From: Alphaproteobacteria bacterium | GTDB taxonomy: Bacteria; Pseudomonadota; Alphaproteobacteria; UBA828 | DNA length: 64,000 nt | Direction: 5' to 3' | Assembly (NCBI GenBank): GCA_965237415.1 | Contig: CBDEFM010000002.1 | Location: 2,560,001 to 2,624,000 of the forward strand | Part shown: one piece after another, positions 1 through 8,759 of the stretch | Numbering within the stretch: the first letter of the stretch is position 1 | Layout: every line of letters begins with the position of its first letter | Notes under the pieces: generated by a model | What the model was told of the DNA's origin: nothing | The model's database searches: none | The model's input: the letters and a program-made list of their open reading frames with translations, nothing else | Translations under genes and position numbers: made by a program

Positions 1-237
1 CGCCATCGCGGCGGTCCACCGCTTCACCGCCGCACCGTCGGCCACGTCGCAGGCAGCGCCGATGACAGAGAGGCCATCGGCCGCGAAGGCCGCCAGCACC
101 GCATCGAGCCGAGTACCGTCCCGCGCGCAGATGCCGACCCGGCAACCCTCCAGCGCGAGCCGCCGCGCGATCGTGTGGCCGATCCCCCGCGTGCCCCCCG
201 TTACAATGGCCTTCCTGCCGTCAAGCTTGAGGTCCAT
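1..237 (-). CDS. SDR family oxidoreductase, N-terminal part (runs off left edge)
   Basis: Manual translation from ATG at 237: MDLKLDGRKAIVTGGTRGIGHTIARRLALEGCRVGICARD, with the TGxxxGIG Rossmann motif. Confidence 0.85.
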   Translation of the reverse strand, partial: MDLKLDGRKAIVTGGTRGIGHTIARRLALEGCRVGICARDGTRLDAVLAAFAADGLSVIGAACDVADGAAVKRWTAAMA

Positions 238-330
238 GTCCTTGCACCCCCTTGCGCGGGGATGCTTCCGCCCCGCCGGGCCCGAGTGTCGGGCGCCTGC
301 GCGTGCTTGTCCAGCCGGCGCCGGCGAGCG

Positions 331-1467
331 CTACGACTGGCCGGGAAGAAGCTCGCGATAGACGTCGAGGGTCGCGCTGCACATGCCGTCCAGCGTGAAG
401 TTGCGGCGCACGTGGGCCTGGCCGGCTGCGGCCATCCTCTCGTGCTCGGCGGGGCTCGCCGCCAGTGCCTGGCGAATTGCATGCGCCAGCGCGTCCGCGT
501 CGCCCGGCGGCACCAGCCATCCGGTCTCGCCGTCAAGCACGGTCTCGCACGCCCCGCCGTGGCCCGCAGCAATCGCCCGCCGCCCCATGGCTTGCGCCTC
601 GGCGGGGACACGGCCGAACGCCTCCGGCCGGAGCGAGGGGGAGACCACCACGTCCGCCAGCATGTAGGCCGCCGGCATGTCCCGGCACGCGCCGGTGAGC
701 TGGACGGTATGGGCCGTGCCCAGCGCTTCGATCCGCCGCTCGATTCGCGTGCGATAGCCCGCGTGCCCCGGGTCGGCGGTGCCGACGAACAGGCAGCAGA
801 CGCTTTCCTCGACCCGCGCCAGCGCGTCGAGAAGAGCGAGGTGCCCCTTCAACGCGGTCAAGCGTCCCGGCAGCATGACGATCGGCCGCCCGTCCGGCAC
901 GCGCCAGGCGTTGCGGAGCGCCGCGATCCTCTCCGGGCCAACGCGCGCTGGATCGAAGGCGGATAGATCCACGCCGCGCGGGATGGTTCTGATTCTGTCC
1001 GGCGTGACGCCGTAGGTCTCGACGATGTGTCGCGCGATGAATTCCGAGATCGCGATGACACGGGCGCCCCGCGCCATGATCGCGTTGTAGCGGTGCTTCC
1101 CCGGCCAACCGGTTGAATAAGCGCCGTGGAAGGTAGTAACGAACGGCCGTCCGGTCCGCCGCGCCGCGTAACAGGCGAGCCAGGCCGGCCAGCGCGAGCG
1201 GGCGTGGACGAGATCCACGCCCTCCTCGGCGATCAGGCGTGCGAGGAGCCGGATCGCGCCCGGAGCCTGCATGGGGCTGCGGCGTGCGACCGGCAGCGCC
1301 GCGTGGTGCGCGCCGGCGTCGGCGGCCTGTTCCCGGTCCGCCTCTCTCTCGCTTACGATGACGGAGCGCCAGCCGGCGGCAACCAGGGCGCGCGAAATAT
1401 CGAGCGTGCCGCGTTCCACGCCGCCGCCCCCGGCGAGGCTCGGCAAGACCTGGAGAACCGTTGGCAT
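331..1467 (-). CDS. Glycosyltransferase family 4 protein
   Basis: ORF 331..1599, likely start MPTVLQVLP; GGVERGT, HARSR and PEAFGRVPAEAQAMG GT4 motifs. Confidence 0.9.
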   Translation of the reverse strand: MPTVLQVLPSLAGGGGVERGTLDISRALVAAGWRSVIVSEREADREQAADAGAHHAALPVARRSPMQAPGAIRLLARLIAEEGVDLVHARSRWPAWLACYAARRTGRPFVTTFHGAYSTGWPGKHRYNAIMARGARVIAISEFIARHIVETYGVTPDRIRTIPRGVDLSAFDPARVGPERIAALRNAWRVPDGRPIVMLPGRLTALKGHLALLDALARVEESVCCLFVGTADPGHAGYRTRIERRIEALGTAHTVQLTGACRDMPAAYMLADVVVSPSLRPEAFGRVPAEAQAMGRRAIAAGHGGACETVLDGETGWLVPPGDADALAHAIRQALAASPAEHERMAAAGQAHVRRNFTLDGMCSATLDVYRELLPGQS

Positions 1468-1591
1468 GAAGACCGTCCCGGACCGGGTCGGGCCCGGCCG
1501 GTGAGTATCGCAAACCGCCGCGGTCGCGTCGAGCTTAGCCCGGTGTCGGGCGCGGGTCCGAGGCCGGCTCGGGGGCCGGCCTCGGCGCTCA

Positions 1592-1857
1592 ACCCGCATT
1601 TCTCACCACGGTCATGGTCTGCGCGACGCTGTCCGGCCGAGAGGGCAGGAGAGGCGCGCAGCGCGATGCGGGGACATCGGGCAAGAGTTTCGACGCACCC
1701 TGTCGGCCGGACAGCGCCGCCCTTCGGGTCGCGTCCAGGCGCCCGCCCGCGGCGTCGCGGGCCTCAACCGTATACCCCGATACGCTTTTCGGCCCGCTCC
1801 TGGCGGATCGGACGCCTGAATGCGACGCAGGCCGTGACCGTGGTGAGAAATGCGGGT
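1592..1857. mobile_element. Non-autonomous TIR-bounded element (MITE-like), 266 bp
   Basis: 32-bp inverted repeats 1592-1623 and 1826-1857 (30/32 identical), CA on both flanks; internal inverted repeat 1627-1645/1698-1716. Confidence 0.7.
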
Positions 1858-1861
1858 CAGA

Positions 1862-2047
1862 CTACCGACTAATGTAGATGCCCGGAATCCGCGACCTCAC
1901 GATTTCGCCGCGCACCGCCTCGTCAATACTGGACCGTGTGAGCCCGATATCGGCAAGATCGTGGTCGGTCAGGCGCTGGAGCTCCTGCCGCGCACGGTGG
2001 CGCTCCTGCCATTTCCGGACCGCCTGGGTGATGTTTGAAATATCCAT
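1862..2047 (-). CDS. DUF1127 small arginine-rich protein
   Basis: MDISNITQAVRKWQERHRARQELQRLTDHDLADIGLTRSSI fits LxxLxDxxLxDIGL; AGGAGG RBS upstream. Confidence 0.9.
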   Translation of the reverse strand: MDISNITQAVRKWQERHRARQELQRLTDHDLADIGLTRSSIDEAVRGEIVRSRIPGIYISR

Positions 2048-2295
2048 GTCCTCACCTCCTGTTACCGGAGTGTCACCGGTGCTGCGGCGCCCGCCTCCGG
2101 GACCACCGCGTACCATTCCTGATTCCGATATGTGTCCTGCCGAGGCGCCCTGGAACCCCCGTGCCCGGCATGGCTGCCATGCTGCTGCGGCAGTTGTGCA
2201 GGGTCCGACACGTACCTGTGGCTTCCGGCGCTCGATCCGGGCGCGGGGAACGCCTATTCTTCGCGCGCGACCCAACCACGATGACTGAGCCAAGC

Positions 2296-3183
2296 ATGTT
2301 CGAAAGCTTCACCCAGACCCGGATCGAGACCTCGTCCACCGCCATAAATCTGGTGCAGGGCGGCGAGGGCCCGCCGCTCCTCCTGCTCCACGGCTACCCG
2401 CAGACCCACGTGATGTGGCACAAGGTGGCGCCGGCGCTCGCCGCGCACTACACGGTGGTGGCGCCCGACCTGCGCGGCTACGGCGACAGCGGCAAGCCGG
2501 CCTCCGACGATTTTGGCGACCATTGCAAGCGCGCCTCGGCGCGGGACCAGGTCGAGGTGATGGCGGCGCTGGGCTTCGATCGCTTCCACGTCGTCGGCCA
2601 CGACCGTGGCGCCCGCGTCGGCCATCGCATGGCGCTCGACCATCCGGCGCAGGTGCGTACCTTCGCCTCGCTCGACGTGGTGGCCTCCCAGGCGGTCTTC
2701 GAGAACATGGACCGCGACCTCGCGTTCTCATTTTTCCACTGGCACCTGATGCGCCAGCCGGCGCCGTTCCCGGAGACGCTGATCGGCAACAGCCCAAAAC
2801 TCTTCCTCGACTTCCTGCTGGCGCACTGGTGCGCGGTCGCGGGCGCGATCGTGCCCGAGGCCTATGACGAGTATCTGCGCTGCTTTAGCGATCGCGAGAC
2901 GCTGCGCTGCATGTGCATGGACTACCGCGCCATCGAGCTAGACCTCGTCCATGACGAGGAGGACCGGGGCCGGCGCATTTCATGCCCGATGCTGGTGCTG
3001 TGGGCCGGCGACATGGCCCGGCGCCCCGGCTGGCAGACCGGCGGGGCGCTCTGCGTGCTGGAGAGCTGGCGCGAGCGGGCGGAGGACGTGCAGGGCCGGG
3101 CGCTCGACTGCGGCCACTTCCTGCCCGAGGAGGCGCCGGAGGAAACCGTGCGCGAGATCCTGGCCTTCCTCGCCGATCGCTGA
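2296..3183 (+). CDS. Alpha/beta hydrolase, haloacetate (fluoroacetate) dehalogenase-like
   Basis: LLHGYPQTH, GHDRGARV, FHW, DYRA and CGHF motifs; start could be ATG 2281. Confidence 0.8.
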   Translation: MFESFTQTRIETSSTAINLVQGGEGPPLLLLHGYPQTHVMWHKVAPALAAHYTVVAPDLRGYGDSGKPASDDFGDHCKRASARDQVEVMAALGFDRFHVVGHDRGARVGHRMALDHPAQVRTFASLDVVASQAVFENMDRDLAFSFFHWHLMRQPAPFPETLIGNSPKLFLDFLLAHWCAVAGAIVPEAYDEYLRCFSDRETLRCMCMDYRAIELDLVHDEEDRGRRISCPMLVLWAGDMARRPGWQTGGALCVLESWRERAEDVQGRALDCGHFLPEEAPEETVREILAFLADR

Positions 3184-3201
3184 GGCGATGCTCCGTCGGG
3201 G

Positions 3202-4785
3202 CTAATCGCCCGCGCGCAGCTTGTAGCGCTGAATCTTGCCGGTTGCGGTCTTGGGCAGACTGTCGACGTAGCGGAGCCAGCGCGGATACTTGTAGCGCGC
3301 GAGCGCCGCCTTGCAGTGGGCGACCAGCGCCTCGCTCAGGCGCTCGCTGGCGGTGTGCCCCTCGGCGAGCACGATCCAGGCCTCGGGCTTGATCAGCCCG
3401 TCGTCGTCGGCGCGGCCTACCACGGCGGCTTCCAGCACCGCCTCATGGGCGATCAGGCGGGCTTCGATCTCGACTGGGGAGACCCAGATTCCGCCGACCT
3501 TGAGCATGTCGTCCGAGCGCCCGCAACACACGTAACAGCCGGCCTCGTCGACGCTGTAGGTATCGCCGGTGCGGAGCCACGCGCCGTCGAACGCGGCCGC
3601 CGTGCGCTCCGGCTCGCCCCAATACTCGGCGATGAGGGATTGCCCGCGAATCAACAGGTTGCCGGTCTCGCCGGGCGCCACGTCGCGCCCGCCATCGTCG
3701 ACCAAGCGCGCCTCGTAGCCCGCTACGAGCGTGCCGCTGGTGCCGGGCGCCACCGCGCCCGGCCGGTTGGAGATGAATATGTGCAGGCTCTCGGTCGTTC
3801 CGATCCCGTCGACGATGTCGAGCCCCGTGGCGGCGCGCCAGCGTTCGAGCAGCGGCGCCGGCAGCGGCTCGCCGGCCGAGACGCAGAGCCGCACGCTGGA
3901 AAGGTCCGGCGTCGCGCTCTCCAGCGCCTGCAGCTGCGCGGCATAGAGCGTCGGCACGCCGTAGTAGAGCGTAGGCCTAAATTCCTCGATTGTGGCGAAG
4001 GTCGAGGCCGGCGTGGGCCGGTCGGCGCTGAGTACCGCCATGCCGCCGGTCCAGAGCGGGAATGTCATGGCGTTGCCGAGCCCGTAGGCGAAGAACAGCT
4101 TGGCGGCGGAGAAGTGGGTGTCGTTCTCGGTGATGCCGAGCGTATCGACCCCGAAATACTGGCTGGTCACCACCATGTCGCGATGGCGATGAACGCCACC
4201 CTTGGGCGTGCCGGTCGATCCCGACGTGTAGAGCCAGAACGCCGGGTCATCGGCGGATGCCGGCGCCGGCGCCAGCGCCTTCGGCGCTTCGGCAAGCCGC
4301 GCGGCGAAGGAATCGCCCTCGCCTTCGGCAGGCAGCGCATGCGCCGGCCGGTATGACGCCCCGGCCAGCGCGCCGGCGATTTCGTCGGCGAACTCGGGCG
4401 ACCACACGATGCAGGCGGCGCGCGCGTTATCGATCACGACGCGATAGTCCGGGGCCCGCAGCAGGGTGTTGAGCGGGACCGGCACGAACCCCGCCTTGAT
4501 CGCGCCCCAGAACAGATAGAAGAACAGGGGGCAATCCTTCACCACCATCAGAACGCGATCGCCGGGGCTGAGCCCCAGCGTTGCGAGCGCGTTTCCCGCG
4601 CGGTTCACGTTGGCGGCGAGCGCGGCATAGGTCACATCGCCGTGCGTATCGCGGATCGCCACCTTGGCACCGCGTCCTTCCGCAAGATGCCTGTCGATGA
4701 ACGGCACCGCGACGTTGAAGACCTCGGCGAACGCCAGCGCGGTCGGCGTTTGCGCGGTGTCGACCGCAACGGTGTGGTCGTCCAT
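3202..4785 (-). CDS. Benzoate-CoA ligase family protein
   Basis: YTSGSTGTPKG AMP-binding loop, AKLFFAYGLGN, DGIGTTESLHIFISN, LPKTATGKIQR. Confidence 0.9.
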   Translation of the reverse strand: MDDHTVAVDTAQTPTALAFAEVFNVAVPFIDRHLAEGRGAKVAIRDTHGDVTYAALAANVNRAGNALATLGLSPGDRVLMVVKDCPLFFYLFWGAIKAGFVPVPLNTLLRAPDYRVVIDNARAACIVWSPEFADEIAGALAGASYRPAHALPAEGEGDSFAARLAEAPKALAPAPASADDPAFWLYTSGSTGTPKGGVHRHRDMVVTSQYFGVDTLGITENDTHFSAAKLFFAYGLGNAMTFPLWTGGMAVLSADRPTPASTFATIEEFRPTLYYGVPTLYAAQLQALESATPDLSSVRLCVSAGEPLPAPLLERWRAATGLDIVDGIGTTESLHIFISNRPGAVAPGTSGTLVAGYEARLVDDGGRDVAPGETGNLLIRGQSLIAEYWGEPERTAAAFDGAWLRTGDTYSVDEAGCYVCCGRSDDMLKVGGIWVSPVEIEARLIAHEAVLEAAVVGRADDDGLIKPEAWIVLAEGHTASERLSEALVAHCKAALARYKYPRWLRYVDSLPKTATGKIQRYKLRAGD

Positions 4786-4938
4786 GGCATTCCCCTGCCG
4801 TCCCGGGTGCGCAAATGCATCCGTGCCTGGCGGAGCGGCCAGGGTAACCTATGCCGTATTGCGCGCGCCCGCAGTCTTCAAATCATGAACGGCGCGCGTG
4901 CGGTGCGCGGCGCAGGTCGGGATCAGGGGAACGAGTTC

Positions 4939-6531
4939 GTGGCGTGGGATTACATCGTCGTGGGCGCTGGCTCCGCCGGCTGTGCCATCGCCGGGCGCCT
5001 GTCGGAGGACGGGCAAAGCCGCGTGCTGGTGCTGGAGGCAGGCGGGTCGGATCGGCGCCTCGCCATTGCGATGCCGGCAGCCAGCTTCCTCCTCGCACTG
5101 GGCAACCCGCGCTACGACTGGGCGTACAAGGCCGAGCCGGACCCGACGCGGAACGGGCGCCGCGACCTCATGCCGCGCGGCAAGGTGCTGGGCGGCACCA
5201 GCGCGATCAACGGCATGTCCTATGTGCGCGGCCAGCCGGCGGACTATGATGGATGGGCCGCCCTCGGCTGCCGCGGCTGGGACTTCGCAAGCGTGCTGCC
5301 CTACTTCAAGCGCGCGGAGGACAACGAGAACGGCGCCGACGCCTACCACAGCACGGGCGGCCCGCTCGCGGTCTCCAACAGCCGCACGCGGCATCCGCTG
5401 TCGGAGGCCTATCTCCGATCCTGCATTGATATCGGGCTCCAGCGCATGGCCGATATCAACACGCCGCCTCAAGCGGGCGTCGGCTACGTGCCCGTCACCC
5501 AGCGCCGGGGGCGGCGGTGGAGCGCGGCTCGCGCCTATCTCCGCCCGGCGATGGGGCGGAAGAACGTGCGGGTGCTGACACATGCCCACGTGCTGCGTGT
5601 GCTGTTCGAGGGCAAACGTGCCACCGGCGTCGAGTACGTCCACCGGGGACGCACCGTGCGGGCGGAGGCGGCTGGCGCGGTGATTCTCTCCGCCGGCGCC
5701 TTCGCGTCGCCGCAGCTCCTCATGCTCTCAGGCGTCGGGCCCGCCTCCCATGTGAGCGAATTCGGCGTGCCGGTGGTGCACGACCTGCCAGGCGTCGGCG
5801 AGAACCTTCAGGATCATCCGGGCCTCGCCCAGACCTGCTGGGCAAACGTGACGACCTACAACATGCAAACCGGCCTCGCCCGCGCGCTGGTATTGGGCGC
5901 GCAGTGGCTGCTCACAGGGACCGGGCCGGCCTCCACGCCCCATTCCCAGGTGACCGCCTTCGCGCGCCACGACGGGGGCGCGGGCCGGTCCGACATCCAG
6001 TATCTCTTCTCGCCTGCCGGCTTCGACCTGTCGGAGGAGGGGCCGGTCATGTTCGACCGGCCGGCGGTCACAGGGCTGATCAACGTGCTCCGGCCTTTCT
6101 CCCGCGGCTGGGTACGGCTCGCCTCAGCCGATCCGTTCGCGCAACCGGCGATTCAGCCCAACCTCTTCGCCGACGCGCGCGACCTCGATCTGCTGCTCGC
6201 TGGTGCCAAGCTGCAACGCCGGATCTTCGAGACCGAGCCCTTGTCCCGCTCTATCGTCGGTCACTATCGGCCCAGCAGCGGCGTGCAGAGCGACGACGAG
6301 TGGTGCGCCTATCTGCGCGAGAGCGCCATGAGCGCATACCACCCGGCAGGCACCTGCAAGATGGGCCACGACCCGATGGCCGTCGTCGACGACCGCCTGC
6401 GGGTGCGCGGGCTCGCGAACCTCTATGTCGCGGATGCGTCGATCATGCCGGCGATCGTCAGCGGCAATCTCCACGCGACCTGCGTCATGATTGGTGAGAA
6501 GGCCGCGGACTTGGTTCGGGAGTCACTCTGA
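4939..6531 (+). CDS. GMC family FAD oxidoreductase (choline dehydrogenase-like)
   Basis: DYIVVGAGSAG, RGKVLGGTSAINGM, GENLQDH, YHPAGTCKMG, VADASIMP; GTG start inferred. Confidence 0.9.
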   Translation: MAWDYIVVGAGSAGCAIAGRLSEDGQSRVLVLEAGGSDRRLAIAMPAASFLLALGNPRYDWAYKAEPDPTRNGRRDLMPRGKVLGGTSAINGMSYVRGQPADYDGWAALGCRGWDFASVLPYFKRAEDNENGADAYHSTGGPLAVSNSRTRHPLSEAYLRSCIDIGLQRMADINTPPQAGVGYVPVTQRRGRRWSAARAYLRPAMGRKNVRVLTHAHVLRVLFEGKRATGVEYVHRGRTVRAEAAGAVILSAGAFASPQLLMLSGVGPASHVSEFGVPVVHDLPGVGENLQDHPGLAQTCWANVTTYNMQTGLARALVLGAQWLLTGTGPASTPHSQVTAFARHDGGAGRSDIQYLFSPAGFDLSEEGPVMFDRPAVTGLINVLRPFSRGWVRLASADPFAQPAIQPNLFADARDLDLLLAGAKLQRRIFETEPLSRSIVGHYRPSSGVQSDDEWCAYLRESAMSAYHPAGTCKMGHDPMAVVDDRLRVRGLANLYVADASIMPAIVSGNLHATCVMIGEKAADLVRESL

Positions 6532-7356
6532 TCGGCCAGAGCGCTCCAGCCAGGCGTTCACCGCGTCTTCCATGGTGAGGAAGGTCGCGCCCATCCCCTG
6601 GAGCGCGTCGATCAGCCGCTCCAGCATCAGCATGCGGTGGCCGCGGCCGATCACGAAGGGGTGGCAGGTGTAGGTGAGCACGCCCCACTCCAAGGTGCGC
6701 GTCATGTAGTCGAAATCGTCCACCCAGTTCTGCAGCACGCCGCCCGCCGGCATCAGGCCCGGCATGCTGTATTGTTTGTTCCGCACGTATTCGAAGTGCG
6801 GGTAGTCGTCCAGCGTCCAGCTGATCGGCATCTCGACCAGGCTGGTCTCGGGCCCCAAGACCATGGGCTCCTCAAGCGCGATCGCATCGCCCGTGCGCGC
6901 GAAATAGGGCGTGTAGTCGTTCCCCATCATGCTGCTCTCGTAGAGGAAGCCGCGGGAGACCAGGAGCTCGATGGTGTTCTCGCTCAGGTCCCAGGCGGGC
7001 GAGCGGTAGCCGCGGGGCTTCCGCCCGCACAGCTTGATGATCGCATCGGTGCCGCGCTGGAGGCCCGCCTCCTCCTCGTCGCGCGACATGGTGACGGGCG
7101 TCATGTGGGTCCAGCCGTGATGGCCGATCTCGTGGCCGCCCTCGGCGATGCGGGCCGACATCGCCGGATAGGTCTCGATCGTGTGGCCCGGGATGAACCA
7201 GGTCGCAGGGATACCGTGCCGCTGGAGCAGCGCCAGGATGCGCTCGGCGCCGACGAGGCCGAACTCGCCGCGGCTGATCGGCGTTGGCGAGCGCTGGCCC
7301 TGGGCGATGTAGCCCGAGACGGCATCGAAGTCGAAGGTCAGGCAGGTGATGTGCAT
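6523..7356 (-). CDS. Polysaccharide deacetylase family protein (PgdA/PuuE-like)
   Basis: CLTFDFDA, HEIGHHGWTH, GYRSPAW, TCHPFVIGR motifs. Confidence 0.85.
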   Translation of the reverse strand: MHITCLTFDFDAVSGYIAQGQRSPTPISRGEFGLVGAERILALLQRHGIPATWFIPGHTIETYPAMSARIAEGGHEIGHHGWTHMTPVTMSRDEEEAGLQRGTDAIIKLCGRKPRGYRSPAWDLSENTIELLVSRGFLYESSMMGNDYTPYFARTGDAIALEEPMVLGPETSLVEMPISWTLDDYPHFEYVRNKQYSMPGLMPAGGVLQNWVDDFDYMTRTLEWGVLTYTCHPFVIGRGHRMLMLERLIDALQGMGATFLTMEDAVNAWLERSGRSE

Positions 7357-7551
7357 GGCCGTCTCCCTTTAGCCCGGTTTTCGCTTTCATGATGTCTCTT
7401 TCCGCATCATTTCGCACTATTACTCCCTGCCCTGGTCCGCGCATTGCGGTATCGTGAACACCCCGCCACGGTGTGGCTCAACCATGTCGATAATGCGCCG
7501 TCCGATCCCCGGCGCGGTCTGCTCCGGCCGCGCCCCCGATTCAGTCGTGCC

Positions 7552-8427
7552 GTGATCGCGGGATCGGCGCTTCTCGGCGTCGGCGCTGCGGCCAGTTGGG
7601 GCGTCGGCGACTTCGCCGCCCGCTTCCTCGGCCGTGCGATCGGTGTGCCGCAGGCGCTCTTCGGCATGATGCTGGTGGGCAGCCTCGCCATCGGCGTTTA
7701 CATCCTGGCCAGCGGGGAAACGCTTGTCTTGGAGCCCTCCGGGCTCTGGCTGCTGGCTCTCAACGGCGTCGCCACCATGCTGGCGACGTTCATGCTGTTC
7801 GACGCGCTTACCCGCGGCCCGATCTCGCTCGGCTCGCCGATGGTCTCCAGCTACCCGGCCTTCGCGGTGCCGATGACGGTCGTCTTCGGCGCCCGGCCGG
7901 AGCCCATCCACTGGGTCGCGATGGCAGCGACGCTCGGCGGTATCTGGCTGGTTGCCCTCGCGGTTTCCCGCATCGAAGGCGGCGACAAGCCGGAATACGC
8001 GCCGGCGGTGCTGCGGCGAGCGATGCTGACGGCGATCGGCTCGGCGTTCTTCTTCGCCGTCGCCCTTCTCGCCGCGGACGAGGCAATCGAGCGCTACGGG
8101 ATCCCGCTCACGCTGCTGTCGGGGCGGATTGTCGGCGCTGTCGTCCTGGGCGCGAGCTTCCTGGTCATGCGCAAGGTGCCGCGCATGCCGCTCCGCGCGT
8201 GGCCGCTGATCGCCCTCGTCGCCTTGGTGGACACCCTCGGCTACATCTTCGTCTACGCCGGCCTCGCGCTCGAGAACGGCGAGTTCGCGATCGTCACCAG
8301 TTCCGCCTATTCGGTGGTGACGATCCTGCTGGCGCGGATCGTCCTTCGCGAGCAGGTGGTGCCGCTTCAGTGGCTGGGCGTCGCCATCGTGATCGCGGGG
8401 ATCGGGACGCTGTCCGCGACCGGCTAA
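7552..8427 (+). CDS. DMT/EamA family transporter
   Basis: About 10 hydrophobic helices, WGVGDF start motif, LARIVLRE; GTG start inferred. Confidence 0.85.
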   Translation: MIAGSALLGVGAAASWGVGDFAARFLGRAIGVPQALFGMMLVGSLAIGVYILASGETLVLEPSGLWLLALNGVATMLATFMLFDALTRGPISLGSPMVSSYPAFAVPMTVVFGARPEPIHWVAMAATLGGIWLVALAVSRIEGGDKPEYAPAVLRRAMLTAIGSAFFFAVALLAADEAIERYGIPLTLLSGRIVGAVVLGASFLVMRKVPRMPLRAWPLIALVALVDTLGYIFVYAGLALENGEFAIVTSSAYSVVTILLARIVLREQVVPLQWLGVAIVIAGIGTLSATG

Positions 8428-8433
8428 CTCAGA

Positions 8434-8757
8434 CTAGAGCGATTCCGTTTCACACGGAAACGCTCTAGCAATAAGGCTTATCCCCTTGGCTCCGGGAGCG
8501 CATGATGTTGCGTGCCTTCCCACTGCTGGAAGGCCCGGATAAGGCACGGGCTGCGCTGTGATTTTCTGAGTCCGCCGGCTGAAACCGTTGCATTGCGTAG
8601 GTCAATATCTAGACGAACCGGAAGCAAGGGGATAAGCCTTCTAGCAATTTATCGCTCACGGCAGCCGGCCTGCGACCGGCGCCTCCGCGAGGGCACCGCA
8701 GGAGCGGCGGGCCGCGGTCGCGGCCTGTCGCGCGTCCGTCTAGACGGACGCGCTCTA
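8434..8757. repeat. RIME/BRU-RS-like intergenic palindromic element, interrupted by a MITE
   Basis: TAGAGC...GCTCTA ends; left hairpin 8434-8468; perfect 24-bp palindrome 8730-8753; body repeated (inverted) at 37584-37700. Confidence 0.65.
8473..8640. mobile_element. MITE, IS1595-family-like ends, 168 bp
   Basis: 23-bp TIRs AAGGCTTATCCCCTTG(GC/CT)TCCGG (21/23) flanked by exact 8-bp direct repeat CTAGCAAT (8465-8472, 8641-8648). Confidence 0.85.
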
Positions 8758-8759
8758 AT

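Noticed and set aside
1600-1861. Cuckoo/CcsR-type sRNA repeats downstream of the DUF1127 gene
   Set aside because: No repeated CCUCCUCCC loop motifs on the minus strand; the region is better explained by the TIR element
2168-2182. GCATGG-ctg-CCATGC palindrome upstream of DUF1127 as a regulator site
   Set aside because: Plausible, but a 6-bp arm in GC-rich DNA is too weak and no regulator gene is adjacent
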